The notes under the pieces were generated by a model. It was not told the origin of the DNA, did no database searches, and saw only the letters and a program-made list of their open reading frames with translations. The translations under genes were made by a program, and so were the position numbers. From a virus (taxonomy: Duplodnaviria; Caudoviricetes), in IMG/VR virus record IMGVR_UViG_2802429331_000008: a stretch of DNA of 64,000 bases; one strand, 5' to 3'. Shown piece after piece: positions 38,984-48,340 of the stretch; the stretch's first letter is position 1, and each line of letters starts with the position of its first letter.

Positions 38984-39906
38984 CAGGCGAGCGCTCCCTG
39001 GACCAGACAGGCCCGGTTCGGGTCGAGGACCTGGACGCCATAGAGGGTGTCCAAGCTGACGATCGTCTGTTTCTGGAGGATGTCGTACTGGTAGGCGACC
39101 CTCACCGACAAGCCGCTGTAGGACTGGACCGATGCGAAGCTGCCGGGAGCCAGCTCCAACGGTGCGGAAGCGAAGCAGAATGCCGACTGGTGAAAGGCGA
39201 CACCGGCCTCGGTGGTGGGCAATCCGCTACCCGTGGCGGGCGCGCTGGTGGGGGCCTTCACGTTCTGGGTCTGGTAGGCGTCGAACCCGAAAAGGTTCTG
39301 CCCGATCGATGCCTTGCGCAGCGCGTCGGTGTTACCCGAGTTCATGACGAACTTGAGCAGCTGGCTGTTGAGCCAGTTGGCTTTCGTGTACGGGCCGGTG
39401 ACAACGGCACGGCCGTCGACGGGAACCTTGGCCACGTCCAGCACACGGGCCGCGTCGATCAGCACTTCCGGTGCGTTCCAATTTGCGACGTTATTGCCGC
39501 CCTGCACGCCGACGGTTTGGGTGATCTGGGAGCGTAGCGACAGGATGTCGCGGTCGATCTTCTCCGCCAGCGCCATACAGGCCGGGGTGAGCAACTGCTC
39601 GTCGAAGTTGACGATCGACAGCGTCAGCTCCTGCGAGGTGACCGAGAAACTGACGTCGGCCACCTGGTTGAGCGTGACCGGGATGTTGCCTTCATTGGCA
39701 GACTGCAACTGGATCCCGCTGCCCTGCACGAAGTTCTGTGCCTGGAACACAGCGGGCTTCCGAACCATGATGGTGTTGCCCGGTTTCTGCGCGGTGAACT
39801 CGGAGCTGATGTCCGTGTAGACGAGCGGCACCATCACCAACGACTCGTACAACGTGGCCAACGCCTGCTGAGCGATGAGCTGCGGGGTCAGAAATTGGTT
39901 CGCCAC
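38983..39906 (-). CDS. major capsid protein (P22 coat-like)
   Basis: MANQFLTP, GNTIMVRKP, FHQSAF, SLDTLYGV. Confidence 0.9.
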   Translation of the reverse strand: MANQFLTPQLIAQQALATLYESLVMVPLVYTDISSEFTAQKPGNTIMVRKPAVFQAQNFVQGSGIQLQSANEGNIPVTLNQVADVSFSVTSQELTLSIVNFDEQLLTPACMALAEKIDRDILSLRSQITQTVGVQGGNNVANWNAPEVLIDAARVLDVAKVPVDGRAVVTGPYTKANWLNSQLLKFVMNSGNTDALRKASIGQNLFGFDAYQTQNVKAPTSAPATGSGLPTTEAGVAFHQSAFCFASAPLELAPGSFASVQSYSGLSVRVAYQYDILQKQTIVSLDTLYGVQVLDPNRACLVQGALA

Positions 39907-39973
39907 AGCGAATGTCCTCTATTCAGTTGTTTTCAGTTGTGTTGTGCGGCGGTGACCCGTTCCGGGCACGAGC

Positions 39974-40813
39974 TCAGGACATGACCCAGTCCGGCGGGAC
40001 CGGCGTCGACATTCCACGGGTGACCCCACCACCGGCGCGGCCCTTCTCGCGGGACTCCGTGCGCAATTGGCGTAGCCGGTTGACGTCGTACTCCTCCTGT
40101 CCGGAGGGGTCGCCGTTGCCGCCGGACATGTCCCCGCCGGAGCGTGCCGGTGTGGTGCGTGGCGCTGGTCGTTTGAAGCCAGGGTTCGCATCCACTGCTG
40201 CGACGATGTGCTCGGCGATCCTGTCGCCGAAATCTGCTGCGCCAGGGTCGAGTCCCTCGACTCTGGCCATGAACGAGCGGGAATCCAGCAGCGCTCCGGA
40301 GTCGACCCCCGCAGCTTCGGCGGCCCGATACAGGGCCAGCTCCACCTGCATGGCGCGTGCCCTCGCGGCGGACGCTTCGGCGGCGGCCTGGGCTTGCTGA
40401 CGTTTCTGTTCGGCCTGGGCGACGAGTTCGGCCGGATCGACCGGCTTGTCGTCCTCGATCAGGCCCAGTGCCTTGCCGATCGACTCGGCCATTTCGTGTC
40501 GCGATCGGTCCGCCGCCTCCTGGGCGGCTCGCTCGGCGTCCGCACGGGCTTCGGCGAGCCCGTCACGAAATTCGGTGCGCAGCTTCGCATTTTCACTGCG
40601 CAGCTTCTGCACGTAGTCGGCGCTGAACGTCTTCGGTTCCGCCTCGGGCCGCAGCTGTTCAGCCGTCTCCGGAGGGTCGGCGTCGTCACCGGCGCCGGGA
40701 GTGGATTTGCCCTGAAATGCGGGCGGGTTCGGCCGCGGTGACTCCGCGGTGGGATTGGAGTCGGCGGCTGCACCCGCAGTGTCGGCGGTGACATCAACGA
40801 TGGTGTCGGTCAT
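39974..40813 (-). CDS. scaffolding protein
   Basis: DYVQKLRSENAKLR, LLDSRSF, RSGGDMSGG. Confidence 0.85.
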   Translation of the reverse strand: MTDTIVDVTADTAGAAADSNPTAESPRPNPPAFQGKSTPGAGDDADPPETAEQLRPEAEPKTFSADYVQKLRSENAKLRTEFRDGLAEARADAERAAQEAADRSRHEMAESIGKALGLIEDDKPVDPAELVAQAEQKRQQAQAAAEASAARARAMQVELALYRAAEAAGVDSGALLDSRSFMARVEGLDPGAADFGDRIAEHIVAAVDANPGFKRPAPRTTPARSGGDMSGGNGDPSGQEEYDVNRLRQLRTESREKGRAGGGVTRGMSTPVPPDWVMS

Positions 40814-40967
40814 CGGATTTGCCTTTCTGGCGCGCTCCTGGCGTCGCCTGTACACAAGGCGGCAGCCCGTAAACCATCAGGGTCTCGGGTCACCAGAACA
40901 GATACCGCCGATCGGCGGCGACATCAGGCCGTCCCCCGTGCGGGCCAGGCGCAGTGGACGGAAACTT

Positions 40968-41942
40968 CTATGAGCGGCGCAGCTGCCGAAGGGTGTTGCG
41001 CACGACACGGATTCGCTGATCCGCAACATTCCAAGCGGAAGCGGACAATGCGGTCGCGCGGCGGCGGCGCGCCTGCCGCAACCGGCGTACCCACTCGCCG
41101 ACCGGCGACGCGGAATCACGCGGCCCCGGACCACGTTCCAGCCCGTCGCCGCCCGAACTCCACAGGTTGACGCGGTGACGACAGTTCGGGTGCCACAATC
41201 CCGCCTCGCGGGCGTGCTCGACGTTGCACAGCACTGGTGGATCGACCGATAAACCGCTGATCGACAGCACTGCGCCCTCGAACGGCGCGCACACCTCGCA
41301 CGGCTGCGGCGAGGTGCCGACCACCACCAGGTCATGACCGGCAGCCGACAGCGACCCGGTGAAAACGTCGACACGAGCCCGAGTGGCTAGGGTGCGGACC
41401 AGCATCTCGAGGTAGGCGGGCAAACTCCACGCTCGTCCAGCCCGGTCCACCAGGGCGGCAACACCGTTGGTGGTGGCGCCGTCCAGGACACGCTGCGCGA
41501 CCGCCAGGCGCGCGGCCTCGGTGGCTGCCGAATGAGCGGCAACCGCGGCCGCAACCCGGCGGTAGACGCCCAGCGCCGACTGCTCGGCATGCAGGCCCGC
41601 AGCCCGCACAGCGCGGTGTGCAGCGGCGGTGTGGCCGGTGGCCGACCATGGGATCGGGACGATATGCGGTGGCTGGTCGCCGAGTTCGACTACAGCGTCG
41701 GCGTGCCCGGAGGCAGCCGCACCGAGGACCGTGTCTGTGGTTGCCAGCACGATGGCACGCGTCATGGTGGCGGTCACTGTGTGCAGGTCACGGTGCAACC
41801 GCAGCTCTGGCCTCCATCGGGCCGCGGTTCCGTTCCGGACCGTGGTCAGCACGGCAGCGGTAACGGCCGCGAGCAACGCACGCTCCCACGATTCCGCCTG
41901 AGCGGTAACCGATTGCGTATCGACGGGCGCCGGTGCGGTCAC
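40968..41942 (-). CDS. minor capsid / head maturation protein
   Basis: DRAGRAWSL..Y.EM..R, CEVCAPFEG, GLWHPNCRH. Confidence 0.88.
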   Translation of the reverse strand: MTAPAPVDTQSVTAQAESWERALLAAVTAAVLTTVRNGTAARWRPELRLHRDLHTVTATMTRAIVLATTDTVLGAAASGHADAVVELGDQPPHIVPIPWSATGHTAAAHRAVRAAGLHAEQSALGVYRRVAAAVAAHSAATEAARLAVAQRVLDGATTNGVAALVDRAGRAWSLPAYLEMLVRTLATRARVDVFTGSLSAAGHDLVVVGTSPQPCEVCAPFEGAVLSISGLSVDPPVLCNVEHAREAGLWHPNCRHRVNLWSSGGDGLERGPGPRDSASPVGEWVRRLRQARRRRATALSASAWNVADQRIRVVRNTLRQLRRS

Positions 41943-41957
41943 TGCGGCTGATCCTGT

Positions 41958-43616
41958 TCATCGTCCGCCAGCGGGAACGGGGAGGGCGTGCGGGATCTGT
42001 GGGGCGGTGCCGTCGTCGACGAATCCGGTTGCGGCAGCCTCGGCTTTGATTCTGGCCACTTCGGCGGTGATGTCTTCGGCCGACCAATTCGGGTGCAGTT
42101 CGACCACTTTCTGCTCGGTCGAGATCGCCTGCGCCAGTGCCAGCAACTGCAAGGTCTGCGACAGCTCGGACGGGGACTGCATCGACCGTGTCGGGAACCG
42201 GATCTCGGGGATATCCGACAGGGCTGCACCGGTGCCGAACAGGCTGTCATCGATCTGCATCCCGGTGCGGATCAGCGGGCCGACCGCGGCCTTCCACAGG
42301 CTGATCTTCTTGGTACGGGTTCTCTCGCTGAGGTTGTCGCGGGAGTCGATCTCGGTCGCGGTTGGTACACCGACCGTCAACGCGGTGTCGGCGAAGCTGC
42401 CCGTCGAGATCCCCGCGCCGCGCAGGATCGTGTTCAACAGCTCGGCACACGTCTGGGAGTGTTCCTGCCAGCGGATCGAGAACTGGTTGGCCTGAATGCC
42501 GGTCGCGCCTTGCGCCATGGTGCCGAGGCCGCCACGCAGCTTGGTGAAGATCGACTGTTCCCCGTCCCACGCGGCACCCGACCCGGGGCCTTGGGATTGC
42601 AACAAGCTCTCGTCGACGAACAGGCGTGCTTTGCCGAGCTCGATGTCGCGCATCCACGACGAGTACGCCTGATCCAGGCTATCGAACAGTGGCTCGAGGC
42701 CGTCGTAGTCGGAGCGGCCGAGCACCGACAGGCCAGGGGTGTTGCGCCACACCCGGTTCGGGCGTGCGTTGGGGACATAGCAGGCGGTGAGCTGATCGAC
42801 ACCGGTGTCGATACCGCCGTCGGTGCCGACGACCTCCGCCGCCCAGGCGGTCTCTGGTGATTCGGTGAGCGGGATCTGGCGCCCGAGCTGACCCTGGTCG
42901 CCTTCGTAGAGGCCGTGGAAGATGCGGCCGGGCACGTGCTTTTCGAGGTGGCGGATCCAGGTTCCGTTGTCGTTGCTGATGACCCGCCAGAAGGTGACCG
43001 CGGCGAGTTGGTTGTACCGCCACACGGGGACGGCGGCGTCGGCGGCGACCGAATCCATCAGCACCCGGTCGGCGAAGGACGTGTCCCACCACAGGCGCAG
43101 ATAGACGCCGCCGAGGGCGCTGGCCAGCTCGGCGGCCTCCAACATCGCGGCCACGGTGTCGTCACCGCCGAACACGGTCTGCAGGCGCGGATCGGCCTTC
43201 GCGGCGTTGCCGGTGTCGCTCTGGGCGAGGGTGATGGTCCACGGCTCGGCGAACAACAGATCGGCGGATGTGCGCGCGAGATCCGACGCGGCGGGCACAT
43301 GCAGCCGCGGGTTGCTCTGCAAATTTGGACGGCCCCAGAAGAACTTTTGCAGGCGGCCGACCAAGCCGCCGCTGAAAGCCGTTGGCCTGACGCGATTTTG
43401 CTGAATGTAGATGTTCTGTAGTTCGGCGATGTCGTTGGCGTACCAGGACGACCAGACGTGGAATTGCTTCTGCGCCACGTTGAATGGCTGCGGCGGCCAT
43501 TGGGCACCGGACAGGGGAAGGCTGGTGTCGGATTGGATTCCTATCGAGGCGTAGGCGGCGTTCAACCCGTATTGCGGCACCAGCGGGGTGTCGGGGTCGA
43601 GCGACAGGCCGAACAC
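41958..43616 (-). CDS. portal protein
   Basis: FWG, LHVP.ASDLARTSADLLF.E, LGRSDY, TATEI. Confidence 0.92.
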   Translation of the reverse strand: MFGLSLDPDTPLVPQYGLNAAYASIGIQSDTSLPLSGAQWPPQPFNVAQKQFHVWSSWYANDIAELQNIYIQQNRVRPTAFSGGLVGRLQKFFWGRPNLQSNPRLHVPAASDLARTSADLLFAEPWTITLAQSDTGNAAKADPRLQTVFGGDDTVAAMLEAAELASALGGVYLRLWWDTSFADRVLMDSVAADAAVPVWRYNQLAAVTFWRVISNDNGTWIRHLEKHVPGRIFHGLYEGDQGQLGRQIPLTESPETAWAAEVVGTDGGIDTGVDQLTACYVPNARPNRVWRNTPGLSVLGRSDYDGLEPLFDSLDQAYSSWMRDIELGKARLFVDESLLQSQGPGSGAAWDGEQSIFTKLRGGLGTMAQGATGIQANQFSIRWQEHSQTCAELLNTILRGAGISTGSFADTALTVGVPTATEIDSRDNLSERTRTKKISLWKAAVGPLIRTGMQIDDSLFGTGAALSDIPEIRFPTRSMQSPSELSQTLQLLALAQAISTEQKVVELHPNWSAEDITAEVARIKAEAAATGFVDDGTAPQIPHALPVPAGGR

Positions 43617-43787
43617 GTGTGCTCCGATCAGCGAGCGGGGAAGTGATGAAGGACATGGCGGTTCCGGGAGCGCAGCAACGGCCTCGCCTCCCGCAGAGCA
43701 GGAGGGTCATGGGGGTGCTTGCCCTCGGTGTAGATAAGGGTTGTGACGCTCCCGGAACCGCGGTCTCCAGCTACGCGGGGAGACGGG

Positions 43788-44102
43788 TCAGGAGGCAGCG
43801 GGCGGAGTCGGCGTAGTGGTGTCGGCAGCTGGCCCTGTCGTGACTCCGGCGGCGAGCGTGCCCGCCACCGGAGCGGGTGTGGGCTCGGCGGGTGCCGGGG
43901 ACGCGGGAGCGATCGCAGTAGCCAGGCCCTGGGCGACGTTGTGCAGTGCCGCAGCGTCGTTCTTCAGCTCGGTGAGGTCGATACCGTGCTGCTTCTCCAG
44001 GTCGGCGATCTTGGCATGCAGTGTGGTGAATCCGTCGCCGAGCGTCTTCACGTCGGTGGCGATGCCGGTGGCGAGGGCGTTGATGTCGTCTTGAACGGTC
44101 AT
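43788..44102 (-). CDS. hypothetical coiled-coil protein
   Basis: GGAG RBS, heptads, Pro/Ala tail. Confidence 0.6.
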   Translation of the reverse strand: MTVQDDINALATGIATDVKTLGDGFTTLHAKIADLEKQHGIDLTELKNDAAALHNVAQGLATAIAPASPAPAEPTPAPVAGTLAAGVTTGPAADTTTPTPPAAS

Positions 44103-44220
44103 GAGGATCTCCAGGATGTCGAGGATGAAACGGGGGACAGGGAACGGGTGGGTGGCTTCGTGCTCGGCACGCAGCCAGCGCCACAGAGTGAGGGGGGACA
44201 ACACGATTCGCTCTCCGAGG

Positions 44221-44766
44221 TCAGAGGCCGGATACGCCGGTGAGATGCCCTACCGTCCAGGTCAGTGCCATCGCAGCTGCGCCACCGGCTACGACCCGGG
44301 CTGCGGACCGGCCCACACGGGTGCCAGCCAACCGGGCCGAAACCACACCGGTCAGCGACAGCGCCGCCAGTGTGGCGACCGCCACTACGAGCGCCCGCCA
44401 GCGAGCGGACGTGGTGAGGACCGCGAGCAGCGGCAGAGCCGCGCCGCACGCGAACGACGCCGCTGACGCGGCTGCGGCCTGCCATGGCCGGGCCAGGTCG
44501 TCGGTCAGCATCCGGCCGGTGGCGATCAACTCTCGCTCGCTGTCGCGTTGCGCGGCCATCGACACGAATTCGCCGAGTCCCATCGACACCGCTCCCGCCG
44601 CGACAGCGGCGATCGCTGTGGCGAGGATCGTGGTGCGGTTATCGGTGGCGGCGGCGACGCCGGTGAGAATCCCGGCAACGGACACGATGCCGTCGTTGGC
44701 GCCGAGCACTCCGGCGCGCAATCGGTTCAGTTCGCCTGGATGTTTACGGCGGGTCAGTTGCGCCAC
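44221..44766 (-). CDS. VIT1/CCC1-family metal transporter, internally shortened
   Basis: LRAGVLGANDGIVS, AGAVSMGLGEFVS, PWQAA.ASA.SF..GA.LPL. Confidence 0.88.
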   Translation of the reverse strand: MAQLTRRKHPGELNRLRAGVLGANDGIVSVAGILTGVAAATDNRTTILATAIAAVAAGAVSMGLGEFVSMAAQRDSERELIATGRMLTDDLARPWQAAAASAASFACGAALPLLAVLTTSARWRALVVAVATLAALSLTGVVSARLAGTRVGRSAARVVAGGAAAMALTWTVGHLTGVSGL

Positions 44767-45176
44767 GAGGGTGCCTTACCGTCGGCACGGTCTTCGAGCA
44801 GGTCGATGGCGTGGTCGATAGCCTCCGACAACACTCGCACATCGATCTTGGTTGTCGCCACATCGGTACGAAGTGTCTCGGTGTTGTTGAGGGTGTGCTT
44901 GGCGACCTCGGCGGCGATCTGGTCGGCCCGGTTCTGGGCGATCAGGATGATCGACCCCTGGAGGGCGCCCAGTGTCGACAGTACGAGGTTGAGCAGGATG
45001 TACGGATAGAGATCGTGTCCGAGCCCGCTGGTGAGTATCCAGGCGCTCATGACCGCGGAGAACGCGAACACGAACACCCAGCTGCCCATGTGGTGGCGCA
45101 TGAGGTCGGCGGCGCGTTCACCGAAGCTGAGCTGGTTGCCGGTGCGGACGCCGGGGTGGTGGTGCCAATGCTTCAC
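44754..45176 (-). CDS. DUF1003-family membrane protein
   Basis: FGERAAD..MGSW.F, D.YPYILLNLVLS..ILIAQNR. Confidence 0.85.
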   Translation of the reverse strand: MKHWHHHPGVRTGNQLSFGERAADLMRHHMGSWVFVFAFSAVMSAWILTSGLGHDLYPYILLNLVLSTLGALQGSIILIAQNRADQIAAEVAKHTLNNTETLRTDVATTKIDVRVLSEAIDHAIDLLEDRADGKAPSWRN

Positions 45177-45182
45177 CCGGCC

Positions 45183-45434
45183 TCACTTGCGTTTGGCATC
45201 GCGGACACGCGCCATCTTGACCTGGTCCTGGACGGCGGTGTTGCCGTGGGCGTTGGCCCAGCGGTTGACGTGATTGAGTACCGCGCCGGGCGGCCGGTGC
45301 CCGTTGTGGCGCAGGTTGATTGCGTCTTCGGCGCTGGCTTGGTCCCAGATCGGGAACGACCCGTCGGAAAACCCGAACTTCTGGCGGGCGTCGGCGGTAG
45401 GTGCGCCGGACGCGGTGCGATTCGCACGGTCCAT
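45183..45434 (-). CDS. small protein with DGSFPI motif (DUF6582-like)
   Basis: R..F..SDGSFPIWD..A.DAI; AGGAGG RBS. Confidence 0.65.
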   Translation of the reverse strand: MDRANRTASGAPTADARQKFGFSDGSFPIWDQASAEDAINLRHNGHRPPGAVLNHVNRWANAHGNTAVQDQVKMARVRDAKRK

Positions 45435-45446
45435 GAGCGTTGCCTC

Positions 45447-45611
45447 CTAGATGATGGTGATCGAAGTCGGCACGGACGCCACCGCGGGCACCCGCGGTGA
45501 CCATGGGCGGGGTGGCGATACCGGGAGACTGCGCCGCCCGATCCGCAGGCCGGTGATGATGCAGGCTCGTGCGAGGTGGTGACGCAGCTGGAACAGGCTG
45601 GAGGCCACCAT
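45447..45611 (-). CDS. 54-aa hypothetical protein
   Basis: Manual translation MVASSLFQLRHHLARACII..., GAAAGG RBS. Confidence 0.4.
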   Translation of the reverse strand: MVASSLFQLRHHLARACIITGLRIGRRSLPVSPPRPWSPRVPAVASVPTSITII

Positions 45612-45748
45612 GATCCGGTGATGCCTTTCGGTCGATGGGATGCCCGTCTCCCCGGATCCGCTGCGGGGAGACGGGTTCGGGGAGACGGCGCTATCCAGTT
45701 GTGCACGGCATAGTGGTAACCCAGTGCCGCTCTGGGAGTTTGGGTGTG

Positions 45749-45829
45749 TCAGGCACTCCCGAGCGCGGGCAGCAGGATCGGCAGCAGGTCAGCGGCCAGC
45801 TTCAGGATGTCGTCGACGATGGTGATCAC
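45749..45829 (-). CDS. 26-aa amphipathic peptide
   Basis: MITIVDDILKLAADLLPILLPALGSA; GTGA overlap with terminase stop, GAGAGGGG RBS. Confidence 0.55.
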   Translation of the reverse strand: MITIVDDILKLAADLLPILLPALGSA

Positions 45830-47160
45830 GGGGTCACCCCCTCTCGATCGTGGTTGGGCGGCCGGGGCTCGGCAGCGAAGTCGATGTAGGGTCGCCAGCG
45901 GCGTTCGGTGGTGGCGATGGCGTAGCGGGCGGCATCCAAGGAGTGGTCAGCGACCTTGATCGGTGCGTCGATGCCCTGTTCGGTGGCCTTGGAATCCCAG
46001 CTGTAGCCGGTGACTTCGGACAGGAATCCGGTGCAGCGGGTGGATACCCGCAGCTTCCCTGCGCCCAGGAGCGACGAGACGAGCCGGATCCCGTACAGCA
46101 CGTCGTTGTCGGCGGCCGCGGTCAGTACGCCGTCTTCGCGCAGTTGCACGCGGAAGGAGGCAGCGGCCGGGTCGACGACGATCGCGCCTGGTGCGCTCGC
46201 CTGCACGTGCCCGGTGGCCGGGTGCGGCGGCAAATGCTGTGCGGCAAGCCATGTCCGGATCTGGGCCGACAGCTGGCCGTCGGTGAGCCGGGCGGCGTCG
46301 CTGGATGCCTGGTATCGGTATTCGTCGATCAGGTAGAGCACGCCGTCGACGCCGACGCCGAGCAGGATCGCGCTGGTGGGGTTGGTGGTGCCGTAATCGA
46401 CGCCGACAGCGACCACGTCTTGCATGACCGGCAACCGATCCCAGGCGATCACATGCCGGGTCTCGTCCCACGAGTCGTAGACCGCGCCGTCGGCGGCCAC
46501 CCATTCGCCGAGCACGAACCGCCGATACCACAGGCCGGTGTACTCACGCTTGTACTGGTTCTTCTTCTCCTCCGACAGTGCCGGGTTGTCGTCGAGAGTG
46601 AATCGCCAGGTGCGCCAGTCCGGGAGCTGCCCGGACCGGATGCGGTCGAGATAGTCCTTCTTCAGCCAGTGATTCGGTGAGTCGGGGTTGGTGGTGCCGA
46701 ACAACTTCGAGGAGTCCAGGCTCATGCGGCCCAAGACCTGCTTGAAGAAATCCTCCTGGATGACGGTGATCTCGTCGAGGTAGGCCCCGGCGACGGTTAG
46801 GCCGCGCAGCGACTTCTCCGCTTTCACGTCGGATGCGCCGAGGACGTAGACGCGGCGGCCCAGGATGTTCGCGGTGCCCGCCCCGACGGTGTAGGAGACG
46901 CGGTAGGCGAGTGGCCCGAACAGCGCTGGGTCGCGCATGGGCTCGATGACGTTGCGGGCCAGGCTATCTCGGGTGCGGCCCACCATGATCAGCTGTCCGC
47001 CGGGCGGTGGGTCGGCGACGAACATCTGCCACCGCAGGATGGAGGAGATGGTCTTGCCGGAGCGGATCGCGCCGTCCCACACGTTCGCCCGAGCGTCGGC
47101 TTCGACGATGCTGACCGCCTGCTTACGTGAGATCGGCAGATCTTCCAGCAGACGGTTCAT
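45826..47160 (-). CDS. terL: terminase large subunit (PBSX-like)
   Basis: GAIRSGKT Walker A, AYLDE Walker B, TTNPD, GVDYGTTNP, DHSLDAARY. Confidence 0.95.
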   Translation of the reverse strand: MNRLLEDLPISRKQAVSIVEADARANVWDGAIRSGKTISSILRWQMFVADPPPGGQLIMVGRTRDSLARNVIEPMRDPALFGPLAYRVSYTVGAGTANILGRRVYVLGASDVKAEKSLRGLTVAGAYLDEITVIQEDFFKQVLGRMSLDSSKLFGTTNPDSPNHWLKKDYLDRIRSGQLPDWRTWRFTLDDNPALSEEKKNQYKREYTGLWYRRFVLGEWVAADGAVYDSWDETRHVIAWDRLPVMQDVVAVGVDYGTTNPTSAILLGVGVDGVLYLIDEYRYQASSDAARLTDGQLSAQIRTWLAAQHLPPHPATGHVQASAPGAIVVDPAAASFRVQLREDGVLTAAADNDVLYGIRLVSSLLGAGKLRVSTRCTGFLSEVTGYSWDSKATEQGIDAPIKVADHSLDAARYAIATTERRWRPYIDFAAEPRPPNHDREGVTP

Positions 47161-47717
47161 TCCGGTGTCGGTTCCCCTCGAGCGTGGTCGGCCTCGACCG
47201 CGGACTTCAGGTTGCGGGCAAGGTCGGCCAGCATGGAGCGGTCGGCGGCGACAGTCTCGTTGGCTTGGCTGTTGACCAGCTCGGTGAGGCTGCGCAGCGC
47301 CAGCGACAGGGCGGTGTAGCCGTCGCGGAGGTCCCGCAGTGGTGGCAGGGGCAGTGTGACCGGGATCAGTTCGCCGTCGCCGCGTTCGTAGGTGGTATGC
47401 GGGCTCCAGAGCCGCTCGTGCAGGTCATCGATGCGGGCGGCGATCATCTCGGCCATGTCGAGGCGGCGGCCCTTCAGTTGCTCGAGACGGGCGGCTGTCG
47501 CCTCGGCGGTGATGGCTTGGTCGAACCGCAGGCCGAGCTTATTCGCCCAGTAGGTGATGGTGCGCGGGTCGACGCCGAGTTCGGCGGCGATCTGGTTGCG
47601 GCCCTTCCCGACGGCGTGCAGGTCGATGATGCGTTGCCTGCCGGTGTCGGTGATCTTGCCGGACCCACCCCGCGCCCCGGATCTCTTCGAGCGGGCGTTT
47701 CTGGGCTTCGGCGGCAT
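47157..47717 (-). CDS. HTH terminase small subunit
   Basis: IIDLHAVGKGRNQIAAELGV HTH; ATGA-coupled to terL. Confidence 0.75.
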   Translation of the reverse strand: MPPKPRNARSKRSGARGGSGKITDTGRQRIIDLHAVGKGRNQIAAELGVDPRTITYWANKLGLRFDQAITAEATAARLEQLKGRRLDMAEMIAARIDDLHERLWSPHTTYERGDGELIPVTLPLPPLRDLRDGYTALSLALRSLTELVNSQANETVAADRSMLADLARNLKSAVEADHARGEPTPE

Positions 47718-48064
47718 CAGGTGCGGAACCTCGCCGCCCAGGCCGCAATCTTGCGGTCGGCCCGGTCACGCACCGCCGAGATGGGGTTGAGAACCGGTGC
47801 GCCGTTGGCGTCGACGATCAGCAGCCCGGTCTCGGACAGGAGTTGCGTGGACTCCTGGAACTCGGCCAATGCTTCGCAGTAGCAGGCGAATTCACCGAGG
47901 GCGGTAGGTGTCAGCTCGATCCGCGAGGCCAGCTGCTGCCATACCTGGCGGCCCAGCTCGGTCAGCCATTCAGGCGGCTCCGGTGCCCCGGTCGACGCCG
48001 CCATCGGTGTCTGTGACGCGCGGCGCAGGGGGATTACGGGGAAGTCCGCAGCGGTCATGGTCAC
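47717..48064 (-). CDS. P27-family terminase small subunit-like protein
   Basis: PEPPEWL...W, YCEA, G.PVLNP; lacks the usual LGLTP.SR end. Confidence 0.7.
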   Translation of the reverse strand: MTMTAADFPVIPLRRASQTPMAASTGAPEPPEWLTELGRQVWQQLASRIELTPTALGEFACYCEALAEFQESTQLLSETGLLIVDANGAPVLNPISAVRDRADRKIAAWAARFRT

Positions 48065-48133
48065 CTCGTCGGAGTCGATGTCTGCTGGCCATCCCTGCCG
48101 GTCCGGGCTGGCAGGGATGGCCAGCGGCGCGGA

Positions 48134-48256
48134 TTACGAGCCGCTCAGGGATGCGCGGCCCGCGGCCGCGGCCTGGCGGCTGCCGCGCAGGCCGGTGGTG
48201 GACCGGTTGACGCGGCCCAGTCGGCGACCGGCGCCGGTGAAACGGTTGGCTGCCAT
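48134..48256 (-). CDS. 40-aa Arg/Gly-rich peptide
   Basis: MAANRFTGAGRRLGRVNRSTTGLRGSRQAAAAGRASLSGS; strong AGGAAGGAGG RBS. Confidence 0.7.
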   Translation of the reverse strand: MAANRFTGAGRRLGRVNRSTTGLRGSRQAAAAGRASLSGS

Positions 48257-48287
48257 GGGGTTTCCCTCCTTCCTGGATGCATGCGAA

Positions 48288-48318
48288 CGCCCTCACCGGC
48301 GGCGGGCCGGTGAGGGCG
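48288..48318. other. perfect 13-bp hairpin upstream of the peptide gene
   Basis: CGCCCTCACCGGC-N5-GCCGGTGAGGGCG. Confidence 0.7.
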
Positions 48319-48340
48319 ATCAGAGAATGGCTCGGGTTGG

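Noticed and set aside
22240-39940. Repeated 11-mer as a possible CRISPR or DGR repeat
   Set aside because: Copies are kilobases apart at gene starts; no spacers, cas genes or reverse transcriptase
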